DNA from: Octopus sinensis
Taxonomy: Eukaryota
Reading direction: 5' to 3'
Assembly: GCF_006345805.1 (NCBI RefSeq)
Contig: NC_043018.1
Location: 26,660,001 to 26,724,000, forward strand
DNA length: 64,000 bases
The notes under the pieces are model-generated. The model was not told where the DNA came from. It worked only from the letters and a program-made list of their open reading frames with translations, and did no database searches. How positions within the stretch are numbered: the first letter of the stretch is position 1; every line of letters starts with the position of its first letter. This document shows positions 1 to 13,655 of the stretch, piece after piece. Both the position numbers and the translations under genes were made by a program.

Positions 1-523
1 CGCCTGCTGCACGGAAACTTGACAGCTATGTGTTATTAGAATAGTTGATATAGTAAAGCAAGAAGTTATTAATATTCAATGTTATATCCTATGTTAATGA
101 GAATAAATCATTATCTCTTATTCTTGTCGCACGCACACACACACACACACACACATACGCACATGCACACACTTACAAGTAAGGGAGACAAGCGCGCGCC
201 AAATTTTAATTATATATTATTTCAGATTGAATTAACTCCCTTGGGATCACCACAACCATATCGTAGGTTGCCCGATCTGCTAGAAAAAGCAGCCAAATCT
301 GTGACGTCTCGCACTTTAATGCCTTAAATAAGAGAAGGACACATTGAACTATTGTTGTGTTGGATTCACAATTTGAAATAAGATTAGGTAGTCGTGGTTG
401 GATGTAAATAACAGCAAGTTGTGAAACTGTGTCTTTACATGGTTGCTCGAGCAGTTAGAAATAGAAGGCATATCGCAATCTGAAAAATGAGGAAGGACAC
501 GCGTTGAATATATAATACATATC

Positions 524-750
524 TCTTTACTACCCACAAGGGGCTAAACACAGAGAGGACAAACAAGGACAGACAAACGGTTTAAGTCGATTATATCGAC
601 CCCAGTGCGTAACTGGTACTGATTTAATCGACCCCGAAAGGATGAAAGGCAAAGTCGACCTCGGCGGAATTTGAACTCAGAACGTAGCGGCAGACGAAAT
701 ACTGTTAGGCATTTCGCCCGGCGTGCTAACGTTTCTACAAGCTTGCCACC
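524..750 (-). mobile_element. tRNA-derived SINE family A. Other copies at 21409-21893(+, tandem partials), 24088-24318(-), 52918-53070(-), 57890-58260(+, two)
   Basis: Element strand GGCGGTGAGCTGGCAGAA..GTTAG (A-box-like), GAGTTCAAATTCC (B-box), GCCTTTCATCCTTTCGGGGTCGATAAA central domain and tail GCCCCTTGTGGG..AAAGAAATA. Confidence 0.85.
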
Positions 751-1395
751 TTGTTGAATATATCATACAATCTTGGGTACAAAGTTGGGATGGTCAGAGC
801 TGGAATGCCATCGAATGGAGCTAACCAGGTGCTAAGCAATAATTAATATTTGTTATAGATGTTTATCTCAAAGTTGGTCCTTATCCAGTTGGTTTATACT
901 CAAAAACGCTCCGTCTACGACCGTTTCATTCTTTAGAATTATATTCGATGTATCCCCCAATTTAATTTTTAAGACAGCAATGTGGGATAAAAGGGAGATT
1001 TAGCTGCTATTGCTAGTAGGTCGAACAATCACGTAGACCAGTTATGGACGACCCTTTTCGAGAGCTGTATGAGCTCTGGTTCATTATCAGGCTGTTCGCA
1101 CTACTGAAAAAATTCTAAGTAAGTTTCGTTATGTGTGCCATTCAGAAAGTCCCACGGGCTACAGTTTGCCCACGATTGATGTAGATGTTCTCTTTCTTTG
1201 GTTCGGTTTAGTTTCTATGTCGTTAACTCCCGCCAAAAACAAATAAATCCAAGCTGAATACGAATACAGGAACATAGAATCCTTCAGCCTTATATTGTAA
1301 AATAAACACCTAATCTTCACTGTTTTAACCATCTTCATCACACACACATAGCTATACATAGATATACCACACACACATAGCTATACATAGATATA

Positions 1396-1975
1396 GGCGC
1401 CGGAGTGGCTGTGTGGTAAGTAGTTTGTTTACCAACCACATGGTTCCGGGTTCAGTCCCACTGCATGGCACCTTGGGCAAGTATCTTCTACTATAGCCTC
1501 GGACCGACCAAAGCCTTGTCAGTCAATTTGGTAGATGGAAACTGAAAAGAAGCCCGTCGTATATATGTATATATATTAGAAAAAATGAGGTAATCAGATC
1601 GGATGGTTCATATTTATAGATATTTATTTATATATTACATTTTTTACATATATATCATATCATTCAGATCATATCATTCGGATTAGCGCTTTCTCCCAAT
1701 CGAGTGGGCTTTTCAAATCAATTCCTTGTGGCATATATATATGTATATATATATTTATGCGTTTGTGTGTCTGTGTTTGTCTCCCTAGCATTGCTTGACA
1801 ACCGATGCTGGTGTGTTTATGTCCCCGTCACTTAGCGGTTCGGCAAAAGAGACCGATAGAATAAGTACTGGGCTTACAAAAGAATAAGTCCCGGGGTCGA
1901 GTTGCTCGATTAAAGGCGGTGCTCCAGCATGGCCGCAGTCCAATGACTGAAACAAATAAAAAAGAGTAAAAGAGT
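1396..1975 (+). mobile_element. tRNA-derived CORE-like SINE family B (bipartite around a central microsatellite). Other copies at 11897-12268(-), 22100-22475(-), 26172-26553(-), 42195-42505(+), 43848-44208(-), 49787-50470(+), 52103-52600(+), 56115-56400(-) and many halves
   Basis: GGAGTGGCTGTGTGGTAAG (A box), GGTTCAGTCCC (B box), CCTTGGGCAAGT CORE-like motif, (TA)n/(TG)n centre and tail GGCGGTGCTCCAGCATGGCC..ATGACTGAAAC..AAAAGAG. Confidence 0.85.
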
Positions 1976-2950
1976 ATACCAGGTTGAGTCAAAAACTTTT
2001 TTTGTATTTCAAGCTTTAATCAATAGTGTAAACTAATAACACAATCAAAGCGTTTGTTCATCAAACTTTAACCCATCGTATTCTATTGTCTGTTGCCATC
2101 GTTGTACCAGAAGCTCAATTCCACCCTTAGAAGAATTGGTTTGTTTAGAGGCAAAAGTACTACCTGGTTCCGTTTTCAACCCCCCCCCCCTCCATATTGT
2201 TGAACCTCAGTCCCTACAGGGAACGCACCATCTGATCACCATCTTTTCCACGGCTTGGAAAAAGGTTGTAATCTGATGGCGCAAGGTCTGGACTGTAGAC
2301 AGGGTGAATTTGCACTTTCAGACCCTCAGGTTTACGCTTGGTCTTGTTCACAATGTGCTTTGGGGCATTATTATGTGTAGGAATGCACTTCTTCAATTGA
2401 CTAATGAATGCCGAGTACCAGGCTTTCAAAGCATCTTATACTCAATGCCTTTATTGAGTATAAAAGTTAACGTTTACAGCAGGACCATCTGGGACAAGCT
2501 CAAAATATAACACTGCCTTGAAATTCTATCTAACATACAACACAACCTTCTGTTCTAACTGTTCTTGTTTAACAACAGGTTCTGAATTTTAGCCAGAATG
2601 AAACCTCTGATTTCTGTTTTAAGGATTACAAATATAAATCCATTTTTCATTCCCAGTTACAATTCGAGGCCAAAAACGGGCATCTCGAGGATTTTTTTTC
2701 GCTTTAGTTTCAGCTCAGAGCTGTGGGCATGCTGTTTGCAAATGTTTCTACGATGTTGAGCCTTGTCATTGGTTTGTTCATGAGGAGTTCTTGACAGCGT
2801 CTGTTCACAAGGCCGAGCATATGGAGGTGTCGATTGGTAATGCTTTGTGAAGGACCAAGTTCTGCCAACAATGTACGAGTGTATAACGTACAGCTACAGA
2901 ATATCTAAGCTAAGATACGAAACGGAATCCACATTTGTCTGCATTGTCAA
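1976..2950 (-). mobile_element. Decayed mariner transposase remnant
   Basis: Minus-strand fragments RIVTGNEKWI, HNNAPKH and HPVYSPDLAPSDYNLF (mariner TGDEKW, HDNA and YSPDLAPSD motifs) with frameshifts. Confidence 0.85.
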
Positions 2951-4273
2951 ATAATTTTCACCAGTTGGACTGAGAGATTAATGAGAAAAAAACTGACCTT
3001 TAGATCTTTCTGGAGTCATTCTCGGGCCACACCTGATTAGGGACGAAGAACCCTAATGTTTTAGCTTGACCTGCTTTAGTTGGCAAAAATTATAAATATA
3101 CAAGTAAATATCAGTCGATCTCTTCGGTCACTCGGCGTCTGACCAATGGATTGACTGATCTCAGGGCCAAAGAGCAATTCTTCTCAATATGTTGATCAGC
3201 GTGCAAAGGCACACCTCTTACTGTTGCTATCTGTTATTATTACTTTTTACACCTGTGAGAATTAAAAGGAAATATAAAAGGAGAAAGGGGCTCTATACCC
3301 CCCCCCCCCTTTGACTAGGCTCCCGTGGCTTTTATGGGTTTTTCCACGAGTAACCTTTCGAAGCGCCTCCCCCTAGTGGGAGTTTTAATTGTTACTTATT
3401 TTTCGTTGTCATCCTGCTTTTGTACACGGACTTTTTCAAACGGACAAAACCCTTTGTAACTTTCGTCTTGTGTTTTGTCCCTTTATGTTTTTATTGATTT
3501 TTGTTAGCCCTTCTGGCCAATAAACGAACGAATTATTACTTCCATTTTGTCTTCTCCCTAGCAGTTACAGAAATGAAGCTGCCTACTATCATACAGAATG
3601 GAGATCTATAAACAAGCCGTGTACATACAAACAACTGAACGAAGTTGTATATATATATTGTATACTGTAACGACTTGCATTATAATCATCTTCAACATTG
3701 TAACAACACAATAAAGGAACAATAAGAAGTGTGCAATGCGATTTGTAATAGAGATTGACTCTGTTTATTGAACGGATTGAACAATATTTTGATAGATCGT
3801 CTGTCTTCTGTAAAATATAAGAGATTAAAAAAAAGCGTAGAAATTCAAAACATGAATGAGGATATCCTGCGTTCCATTTTACATTGACATAATAAGTTTT
3901 CAGTTTTCCATAACTGGTAACAAGGAAAAGGGAGGAAAAAGAAAAGAAGAAAACGAAACAGGAAAAAGAATACATGGTCGAACAGTTTTGAGTAAATGTG
4001 ATGAAATTCAGCTGTCATTAGATTTATTCGTCAGGGGCGTGGTGCTAGCAATTCACAAACGTATTTGTCCTCGTGCATTGGAGCACTGAAAGTGTAGTAG
4101 ATTCAGAATATTTTCTGAAAATGTGCGTTTCCAGTTGTTCCACAAAATCACAGCTACTTGAAATAAAATGTTCGGCAAGTTCCGTCGAATTACTACTATT
4201 GTACTATTGTATCCATTGGATAACGGATTAATGATTAACGAAGTTGACTTTTCGATTAACGGTGCCCACCTCT

Positions 4274-4285
4274 GTGTGTGTATAT

Positions 4286-4325
<40 letters not shown>

Positions 4326-5300
4326 CATAACGTATATATAAATATATACATACTATATATATATAAAATATATACATACATACATGTATATATATATAAT
4401 ATATTATATATAATATATATACATGTGTATATATAAATATACTCACACTCACATACACACACACCAACATATACACGCCACATACACGCACACAACACAC
4501 CTACACTCCCATACACATACAAACGCACCTATATACACACACACACGCATACACACGCACACACACATATATTACACACGTACACACACACCTACATACA
4601 CTGCATACACACACACACACAAACACACACGGACACCCCATACATACATACACACACCTATACACACACGCCCACAACCTACCTCACACACATGCATACA
4701 CACCACACACACGGACACACCCATACATACTTACATACATACACATATACACACACGCCTACACACCTACATACACACACATGCATACACACACACATGT
4801 ACGCACATACACACACATATACGCACATACATATATACCTACACACATGCACACACACACACACACATACGCACATGCATACGCATACATGCATACATGC
4901 ATACACACACACACGCACGTACACATACATACACACACACACATACATACACCCATACACATACATGCATCCTACACACAGACATACACACTCACACATA
5001 CATACACACACACACACACACTCACTCACACACCTGCATGTACGCGCATACACATGCACCTACACACACTTCCACACACACACACGTACATACATACACA
5101 CTCATACACATACACACACACACACACACGGACAGACATCTATATACACACACATACTTACATACATTCATCGGACACACTGACACTCAGACTTACACAC
5201 AGACACACTCACACATCCACACACATACATACTTACACACACACTCGCAGGCGCGCGCACATACACGCTTGTGCACGTTCGCGCACGCATACACGCATGC
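4274..5300. repeat. (TA)n then degenerate (CA/TACA)n microsatellite field
   Basis: Direct inspection. Source of the His/Thr-rich spurious ORFs. Confidence 0.95.
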
Positions 5301-5959
5301 ATGCACCACGCTCGTGGTTTGACCGACTAGATCTCCTGTACGTATGGGGCCGGCGCGTGTCTTTGGGTTCTCCCACGCCTGTCGCCGCGGGACCACTCTT
5401 TCAATCTCCCCCCCCCCCTCCGCGCAGTTCAGTTTTTTCCAACCCCCCTCTTTGTACACACACGCACACACATAAACACACACCCACTCACACACACAAC
5501 ATTGCATATATATATACATTACACTTACACACACTTCAAATTTACTTGCCATACACACAACTACGCACACTGGACACACTACCACTCTACACACACACTG
5601 GCACGTTACATACGCCCCCACCCTTTCCCTCCTTCCCGTTTTTCCCTCCTTCCTCCGTTTTTTTTTTTACACTGACCACTCACTCGAGACCTTGCTATAT
5701 CATCTGTTCGCCCTGCACGCACTAACATATACATATTTTTTGTTTTTTATCTCGCCTCACACACACATACACACACGCACAGCCACAGTCAAACCATACA
5801 TACACACGCACACACACATACCTCCCTGTTTCTGATCTGCCTTTCTGACTTGCTAGGGTACCCCCACACACTCCTTTAATTCTACTACTGCCTGCTACTA
5901 GCCACTGTCCACCATACACACACACGCACACACTCACACACACACACCCTCGTTTTCTC

Positions 5960-6260
5960 GCACACCTTTTTATTCCATTCCCTTTGATTCAGCTCTCCTG
6001 TTTTAAAAAACATTTTCCTCCTTTTTTACTAGTTCCGTCTTTTCAGTATGTGACCTCGTGAAGACTACCTGCAATTTTTTTTCCTCTGTCCTCCGTCTCG
6101 GGATCTTTCTTTCTCCTATGGTTTCCGACGAAGAGCTCCGCTCGAAACGTCCATACCCTCCTTCTTCATTTTCCTGAGCGTCTAATAATAATAATACTGT
6201 AATTGTCCACGTGTTGTTGTTTTTTTGTTTTCCCGTTTGGATTCACCTAATATATAATAT
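5960..6260 (+). mobile_element. Penelope-LTR-like repeat with hammerhead-like motif; related copy at ~7290-7580
   Basis: Both copies carry CCGACGA-A-GAGC-tcc-GCTC-GAAAC (6125-6148 and 7437-7460) followed by shared cctgagcgtc..aataatact..ccacgt sequence. Confidence 0.5.
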
Positions 6261-6267
6261 ATAACAT

Positions 6268-7012
6268 GATAATTATGTCTCCCCCAACTTCTTTTCTCAT
6301 CAGCGTAGGACACTACAATTATGAATAATTGTATATTAAATTTCGAGGTACTAGAAGACATCATCTCAACTCAGTATCAGAGCGAGCTAAAGCCGTTACC
6401 AGTCATCACAAATTCAAAGTGTGAATGAAAGTTTGTGTCACCAACCCCCTCCCACTAGCGTGCAGCCAAGACAAGATGTTGTGGTCATTTACTGGGATGA
6501 ATATGGTTATCAGTAATAAATAGGGTGAATTAATTAATTTGGAATAACATTAATTTGACCAAGTAGATTTCGGCATGTAAAAGCCTCATTCGAGGAAAGT
6601 TTAAGTAATACTAAGTAATTAGGGTTTAGCAACGATTTGCCTCACCACACACCGAATTTAGAAATAGCAGTCAAAGAGTTATAGCTATTCTTTCTACTAA
6701 AAGGGAGATCTCAGTAAAACCACAGCACTTGAAAGGCAAACACAGACAGGCAAGAGAGAAAGAAATGACGGCAATCTATCATACAATTTTAAGTCACCTA
6801 CGGACGTACGTTTCGAAATTAAGTTTTAGGAAAGCATAAGAATTAGATAATTATGTCTTACCCAACTTCTTTTCTCATCAGCGTAGGACACTACAATTAC
6901 GAATAATTGTATATTAAATTTCGAGGTACTAGAAGACATCATCTCAACTCAGTATCAGAGCGAGCTAAAGCCGTTAGCAGTATCACCAAATTCAAAGTGT
7001 GAATGAAAGTTT
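6268..7012 (-). mobile_element. Penelope-like/retrozyme-like non-autonomous insert with 167-bp direct repeats
   Basis: 6268-6434 is repeated at 6846-7012 (period 578). Contains the 6797-6887 hammerhead. Flanked by (TA)n-rich DNA. Confidence 0.65.
6797..6887 (-). ncRNA. Type I hammerhead ribozyme, apparently intact
   Basis: Minus strand reads CCTACG-CTGATGA-[GAAA..~60 nt stem II..TTTC]-GAAA-CGTACG-TC-CGTAGG: 6-bp stem I, full core, palindromic stem III and a GUC cleavage triplet. Confidence 0.88.
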
Positions 7013-7033
7013 ATACATGCATATTTACATACT

Positions 7034-7086
<53 letters not shown>

Positions 7087-7743
7087 TGTTGTGTGTGTGT
7101 GTGTGCATATATTGGTACAAACAACACACACATATGATGTTTTTTGACCTGTCTTTGACCTAGCTTGACACCAACAGCTAGTAGTCATCACAACAGCTGG
7201 TTTTGTCATTACCTCTATTCACCAAAAATACACACACACGCACGCACAAACACACTTGTCATCTTGCACACACACACACACAGGCATTCCCTTTTTTTGG
7301 AACTCTCTTGCATTATAAAACCATTTTTCAACTACCTCCAAATTCTGTTTCTTTTCACATGTGATCTCTTAAGCACCACCAGCTCAAATATTGTCTCCTC
7401 TGTCTTCCCTCCTTGGGATCTTTCCTCTCCTTGTGTCCGACGAAGAGCTCCGCTCGAAACTTAAACCCTCCTTCCCTTTTCCTGAGCGTCAATAATACTT
7501 TAATTGTTCCACGTCCTGCGTGCTGTGTTTTTTCTCTCTTTTTCTTTTTTTCTGTGTTTTCTTGTTTGGATTAACTTTATATATATATATATATTATTAT
7601 AGTATATAATAATATAAACCGGTTGATAAAAATTCTTGACAATTTATCAATGACTCATTTTAATAAAATTTTATTTATATTTTTTCAATTCTCATTTTTT
7701 AAAATTTTCTTTTCATTCACTAGATATCTATATTATATATATA

Positions 7744-7783
<40 letters not shown>

Positions 7784-7930
7784 CAATATTAAGGAATGGT
7801 CTTGATAGGCCATTCGATCCACTAGAAAGAGCAGCTAACTCAAACCGCTAAATAGTAGTAATTCAGAAACCAAAGGAAAATAAAACCATTTACCCTTATC
7901 ATCTTTGGACTATGCATAGTTTCGATATAC

Positions 7931-7997
<67 letters not shown>

Positions 7998-8206
7998 TAT
8001 ATATACCTGAGTAAGCATATAAATGTGAAACAAGGTGGAAAAAAGAGTACTCAAATACCAGAGGTAGAGTAATATGCATGCAATGAACCAAATAATTTTT
8101 TAATTTTAATGTATTAATTGACTTATATTTCGTATATGATTATTTACTATGTATCTGGAATTGTCTTTCAATTTAAGGTTTCTTCGATTTTACAATAGGA
8201 TATATA

Positions 8207-8239
<33 letters not shown>

Positions 8240-8324
8240 CTACACATATATTATTGATATATATAGAATATATAGTATAATATATATGTATACATATATA
8301 TATATCAATATTATATAACATCAC

Positions 8325-8640
8325 CATCAAAATACAGGTCCAGATACTGCAACAGCTTGGGTTTCAGAGGACCACAGCTTTAACATCCTCCCTAATTGCC
8401 TGAGAGACTTACATGGGTGGATGTGGGTTTCTTTAAAACTAAACTGGATCTCTTCTTGTTGGGAGCCAGATGAACTACCTCACGACAGGAGACGCGGATG
8501 CGGGCAGAGCATCGAACTCCCTTGTTGATCAAGTGCCACGTATCAGAGGTGGATTCACAAATTAGTGTAGCTCATCAGCGGTGGTGCCCCAGCATGGCCG
8601 CGGCCTTCGGGCTAAAACAATTTTTAAGGATTTAAGGATA
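8325..8640 (+). mobile_element. CR1-like LINE 3' end
   Basis: FRGPQL..ILPNCLRDLHG..FFKTKLDLFL...PDE...SNSLVDQV-type ORF end (frameshifted), then tail GGTGCCCCAGCATGGCC and (TTTAAGGA)2. Confidence 0.65.
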
Positions 8641-8820
8641 ATATCTATAATATATATACATAATAATATATATATATATATATATATAATATATATATAT
8701 AATATATATATATATGTATAATATATATAATATGTAATGTATATATATATGTAATATATATATATATATATGTGTGTGTGTGTATGTTGTATGTGTATGT
8801 ATATATATATGTGTATGTAT

Positions 8821-8887
<67 letters not shown>

Positions 8888-9482
8888 GAATAGGGCATTA
8901 ACTGGAAAAATAATTTTGTCAGTTTCGTTTTAAAAACTAGAAAAAAAACACCCACTCCACAACATACACACACACATACATGCACGCATATAAACACATA
9001 CATGTATGTGTGTGTGTGTTTGAACGCACCGACACAATTACGAATTGACAATCTTTGTCATCAGTAGTCTCCTCTATATAAGTAGAAAGTAGTGGCGGCG
9101 GGGGAAGTGGACGAAAGCACGGGTGACAGAGACAGATAAAGAGGAAAAAAATTGAGAAGACAGAAGTCACATGGAACTACACGGATATGACGGAATACGA
9201 TAATAATAATAAAATTATCTCGAAACCGACAATAATTTGGCGTAAACAGATGATACGCTTACGTCCATAATCTAAGATAGGCATTGCAATACAGTGAGAT
9301 TGATTAACAGACAAATCGAGATAGACGATATACCCACGTTATTATCACCACCTCAAACATATCTACAAACGAACGATAACAAAGCAGCGGGTAGAAATTA
9401 TTGTCCGATTTTGATTTGGTATAAAACGAGAACCGCAAGTTGAAAGCAAACTTAGTCGGTTCGTAACTTCTAAAACTTTATA

Positions 9483-9613
9483 ATGTTGTCACCAAAGAGA
9501 GAAAGCACCTTGCATTATTTGGCTTTATTCTTCGTTTGCCTGCAAGTCTGTGAAGTAACTTGCACCGTTTCTTCGGTTGGGTGCATGGATTTCAATAATA
9601 AACCGGTTGACTG
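9483..9613 (+). CDS. DNASE2: DNase II exon 1 (signal-peptide-like N-terminus)
   Basis: ATG at 9483 gives MLSPKRESTLHYLALFFVCLQVCEVTCTVSSVGCMDFNNKPVD(W): a hydrophobic leader then the C-x-D-x-x-x-K-P-V-D-W start typical of DNase II. Donor GTAAGT at 9614, phase 2. Confidence 0.9.
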
Positions 9614-9644
9614 GTAAGTAAAGTAATATATGTATATATATATA

Positions 9645-11060
9645 ATAATATTAGGGAGTAAATCCAAACTTACAGGGAAAAATTAGATTTAGGATTAAAT
9701 CTAATTTTATAGTATAAATATATATATATATATTAAATTGGAGATAAAACCACTATTAGGCAAATCAAACAGTGAAAATCATAAACCAATACATAGAAAT
9801 AAAATTAATTAATAAGAAATGTATAAAATATAAAATTCAAAATTTAAATTTTATATTTTATATATTTTTTATTAATTAATTTTATTTCTATGTATTGGTT
9901 TATGATTTTCACTGTTTGATTTGCCTAATAGTGGTTTTATCTCTAATGTTATATATATATATATATATTCTTCGAATGAATGGTTGATGACAATGACAGT
10001 GGGTTGTGGTCACGTTATGTTTATTTATGGGTTAAAAGGTACTATCGGGTACACACGTACAATCGAGAGGAAGTGATAATTATATTGCATGTATCGTTAC
10101 TATTTTTATTTTGATATGATCACATGTCCGACAAACGGGTAACGGGTAACAATGAGGAACAGTTTGTGAAGATTTTTTTCGGCTTTAATAAATGTGTGGC
10201 TAAATATACGTGTGTATATATATATATATATATATTATTATATACTTAGGTATGTATATATATATAAATTTATATACATATATATATAATATATATTATT
10301 TTATTACTTAGGTATGTATATATATATATATATTTATATACTATATATATAATATATATATAATATATATATATAATATTAGGGAGTAAATCCAAACTTA
10401 CAGGGAAAATTAGATTTAGGATTAAATCTAATTTTATAGTATAAATATATATATATATATATTAAATTGGAGATAAAACCACTATTAGGCAAATCAACAG
10501 TGAAAATCATAAACCAATACATAGAAATAAAATTAATTAATAAGAAATGTATAAAATATAAAATTCAAAATTTAAATTTTATATTTTATATTTTTTATTA
10601 ATTAATTTTATTTCTATGTATTGGTTTATGATTTTCACTGTTTGATTTGCCTAATAGTGTTTTATCTCTAATGTTATATATATATATATATATTCTTCGA
10701 ATGAATGGTTGATGACAATGACAGTGGGTTGTGGTCACGTTATGTTTATTTATGGGTTAAAAGTACTATCGGGTACACACGTACAATCGAGAGGAAGTGA
10801 TAATTATATTGCATGTATCGTTACTATTTTTATTTTGATATGATCACATGTCCGACAAACGGGTAAAGGGTAACAATGAGGAACAGTTTGTGAAGATTTT
10901 TTTCGGCTTTAATAAATGTGTGGCTAAATATACGTGTGTATAATATATATATATATATTATTATACTTAGGTATGTATATATATATATATATATTTATAT
11001 AATATATATATATATATATATATTATTATTATACTTAGGTATGTATATATATATATATTT
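9645..11060. repeat. ~728-bp tandem duplication, each unit containing a ~200-bp palindrome
   Basis: TTAGGGAGTAAATCC at 9651 and 10379. Palindromes at 9741-9943 and ~10470-10668. Confidence 0.9.
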
Positions 11061-11224
11061 ATATACATATATATATATATTATATATATATAATATATAT
11101 ATATATATTATTATACTTAGGTATGTATATATATATATATCTATATTTTATATATATATAAAGTTTATAAAGCTTGAAACACGTGTACCGCGACATCCTT
11201 GTATTCTGTTTTTGATTTTATTTG

Positions 11225-11255
<31 letters not shown>

Positions 11256-12859
11256 TACATATATACATACCTATATGTATATATACACACCCATACACAC
11301 GCATATTCTTTTATTCTTTCAGCTGTGGCCATGCTAGAGCACCGCCACTGTAATCACCCTTTGAATGGCTAAATTTATGTGATTGGTTTTTGGTGAAGGA
11401 GTGAGTTCGACACTGCTGCCCTCTTTTGAGTCTCCTGCCATGATATATCATCATCATCATCATCATCAATGTTTAACGTCCGCTTTCCATGCTGGCATGG
11501 GTTAGACAGTTTGACTGAGGACTGGCAAGCCAGAGGCTGTACCAGGCTCCAATCTGATCTGGCAGAGTTTCTATAGCGGGATGCCCTTCCTAACGCCAAC
11601 CATTCCGAGAGTAGTGGGTGCCTTTTAAGGCCAGTCAAGCGGTACTGGCATCGACCATGCCTGAATGGTGCTTTTTACATGCCACTAGCATGGGAGCCAC
11701 TCAGGCAGTACTAGCAACGACCACACTCGTGCAGTGGTGGCTCATGTATAGGCACTGAGGAACTGCAGCTCCCCTATTTCCACTCGATATTATTGATAAC
11801 ATTCAATATAATGAGTCCTTTTTTTCTTTGATCCTTTCTTTATAATTGTACGTTATGTAATCCTTAAACGTAATGTCAGTAGCCATCCCCTAATTTACTC
11901 TTTTACTTGTTTCAGTCATTTGACTGTGGCCATGCTGGAGCACCGCCTTTAGTCGAGCAAATTGACCCCAGGACTTATTCTTTGTAAGCCTAGTACTTAT
12001 TCTATCGGTCCCTTTTGCCGAACCGCTAAGTTACGGGGGACCTAAACATACCAGCATTGGTTGTCAAGTGATGTTGGGGGGACAAACGCAGACACACAAA
12101 CACACACACATATTATACACATATTTCTGTCTACCAAATCCACTCACAAGGCTTTGGTTGGCCTGAGGCTATAGTAGAAGACACTCACCCTAGGTGCCAT
12201 GCAGTGGGACTGAACCGGAACCACTTGGTTCGTAAGCAAGCTACTTGCCACACACCCACTCCTATGCCTATATATATATATAATATATATATATATATAC
12301 ATACATATATATATATGAAAAAAATAGAAAACATACTTGTCTAGAACTGTGCACCTCACAGTTCCAGTGATGCAGTGATTGGATATTGTGCGCACGCTCA
12401 CATGCCCGAGATAGGAAGCTGCATGCTAGGGAGAGAGAGCGCTGTGGTTCACGCAGTGCTGGCCCTAGTGTGCTAGTGAAAGGTTGTATTTCTTTTTGAC
12501 TCCGCTTGGGTTGTGCTTAAAAACATGTTTATATTCTTGAGTGTGATAAAGTGTAGAATTAAGATTATTGTCCTGCTCCCAGCTACAGTGATGCTTCCAG
12601 GATTTGAAAAACAGGGCAGATTTTCACATCCTTTATTTTGTGATTTTGAGGGGATTTTTGAAAAACAAGAGTGGTATTTGCAGCGATGTTCAGTGAAAAA
12701 ATTAAACACACCACCTGGCAGTGGTTAAAACATGAACCAATCAAGTTTATGTATAAATTTTCTTTTTATATGTTTGTTTCCTTTTTTACACAATATTAAA
12801 ACAATGGCTAAAAGTTTTCTGAAGCAGCACTCCCACAAATTTTATCTACAAGCTGCCAC

Positions 12860-12908
12860 TGTATATATGTGTGTGTGTGTATACAATATATATATAAATA
12901 TGTGTGCG

Positions 12909-12969
<61 letters not shown>

Positions 12970-13416
12970 CATATATATATGTATATATGTATATGTACAT
13001 ATATATATGTATATATGTATATGTACATATATATGTATATTGTATATGTACATATATATATGAATATATATATATATATTATATATATGTATATATGTAT
13101 ATTGGACATATATATAGTATTTGTATATGTTATACATATATATATGTATATAGTATATGTATATATATATATGTATATATGTATATGTACATATATATAT
13201 GTATATATGTATATGTACATATATATATGTATATATGTATATGTACATATATATATGTATATATGTATATGTACATATATATATGTATATATGTATATGT
13301 ATATATATATATGTATATATGTATATGTACTATATATGTGTATATGTACATATATATATGTGTATATGTACATATATATATGTATATATGTACATATATA
13401 TATGTATATATGTATA

Positions 13417-13455
<39 letters not shown>

Positions 13456-13501
13456 GTATATATAATATATATATATATGTACATATATATATGTACATAT
13501 A

Positions 13502-13551
<50 letters not shown>

Positions 13552-13624
13552 CATATATATATGTATATATATATATATACATATATATATGTATATATTA
13601 TATAATATATATATATAATAATAC

Positions 13625-13655
<31 letters not shown>

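Noticed and set aside
4228-5725. Long His/Thr/Tyr/Ile- or Val/Cys-rich ORFs (also at 12732-16075, 31893-32701, 33474-35560, 53515-54166)
   Set aside because: They are translations of (CA)n, (TA)n and (TCTA)n microsatellites, open in several frames on both strands, with no domain signal.
6568-6596. Second hammerhead-like motif on the minus strand (GAATGA-GGC..GCC-GAAA)
   Set aside because: The core lacks CUGA, and stems I and III could not be formed.
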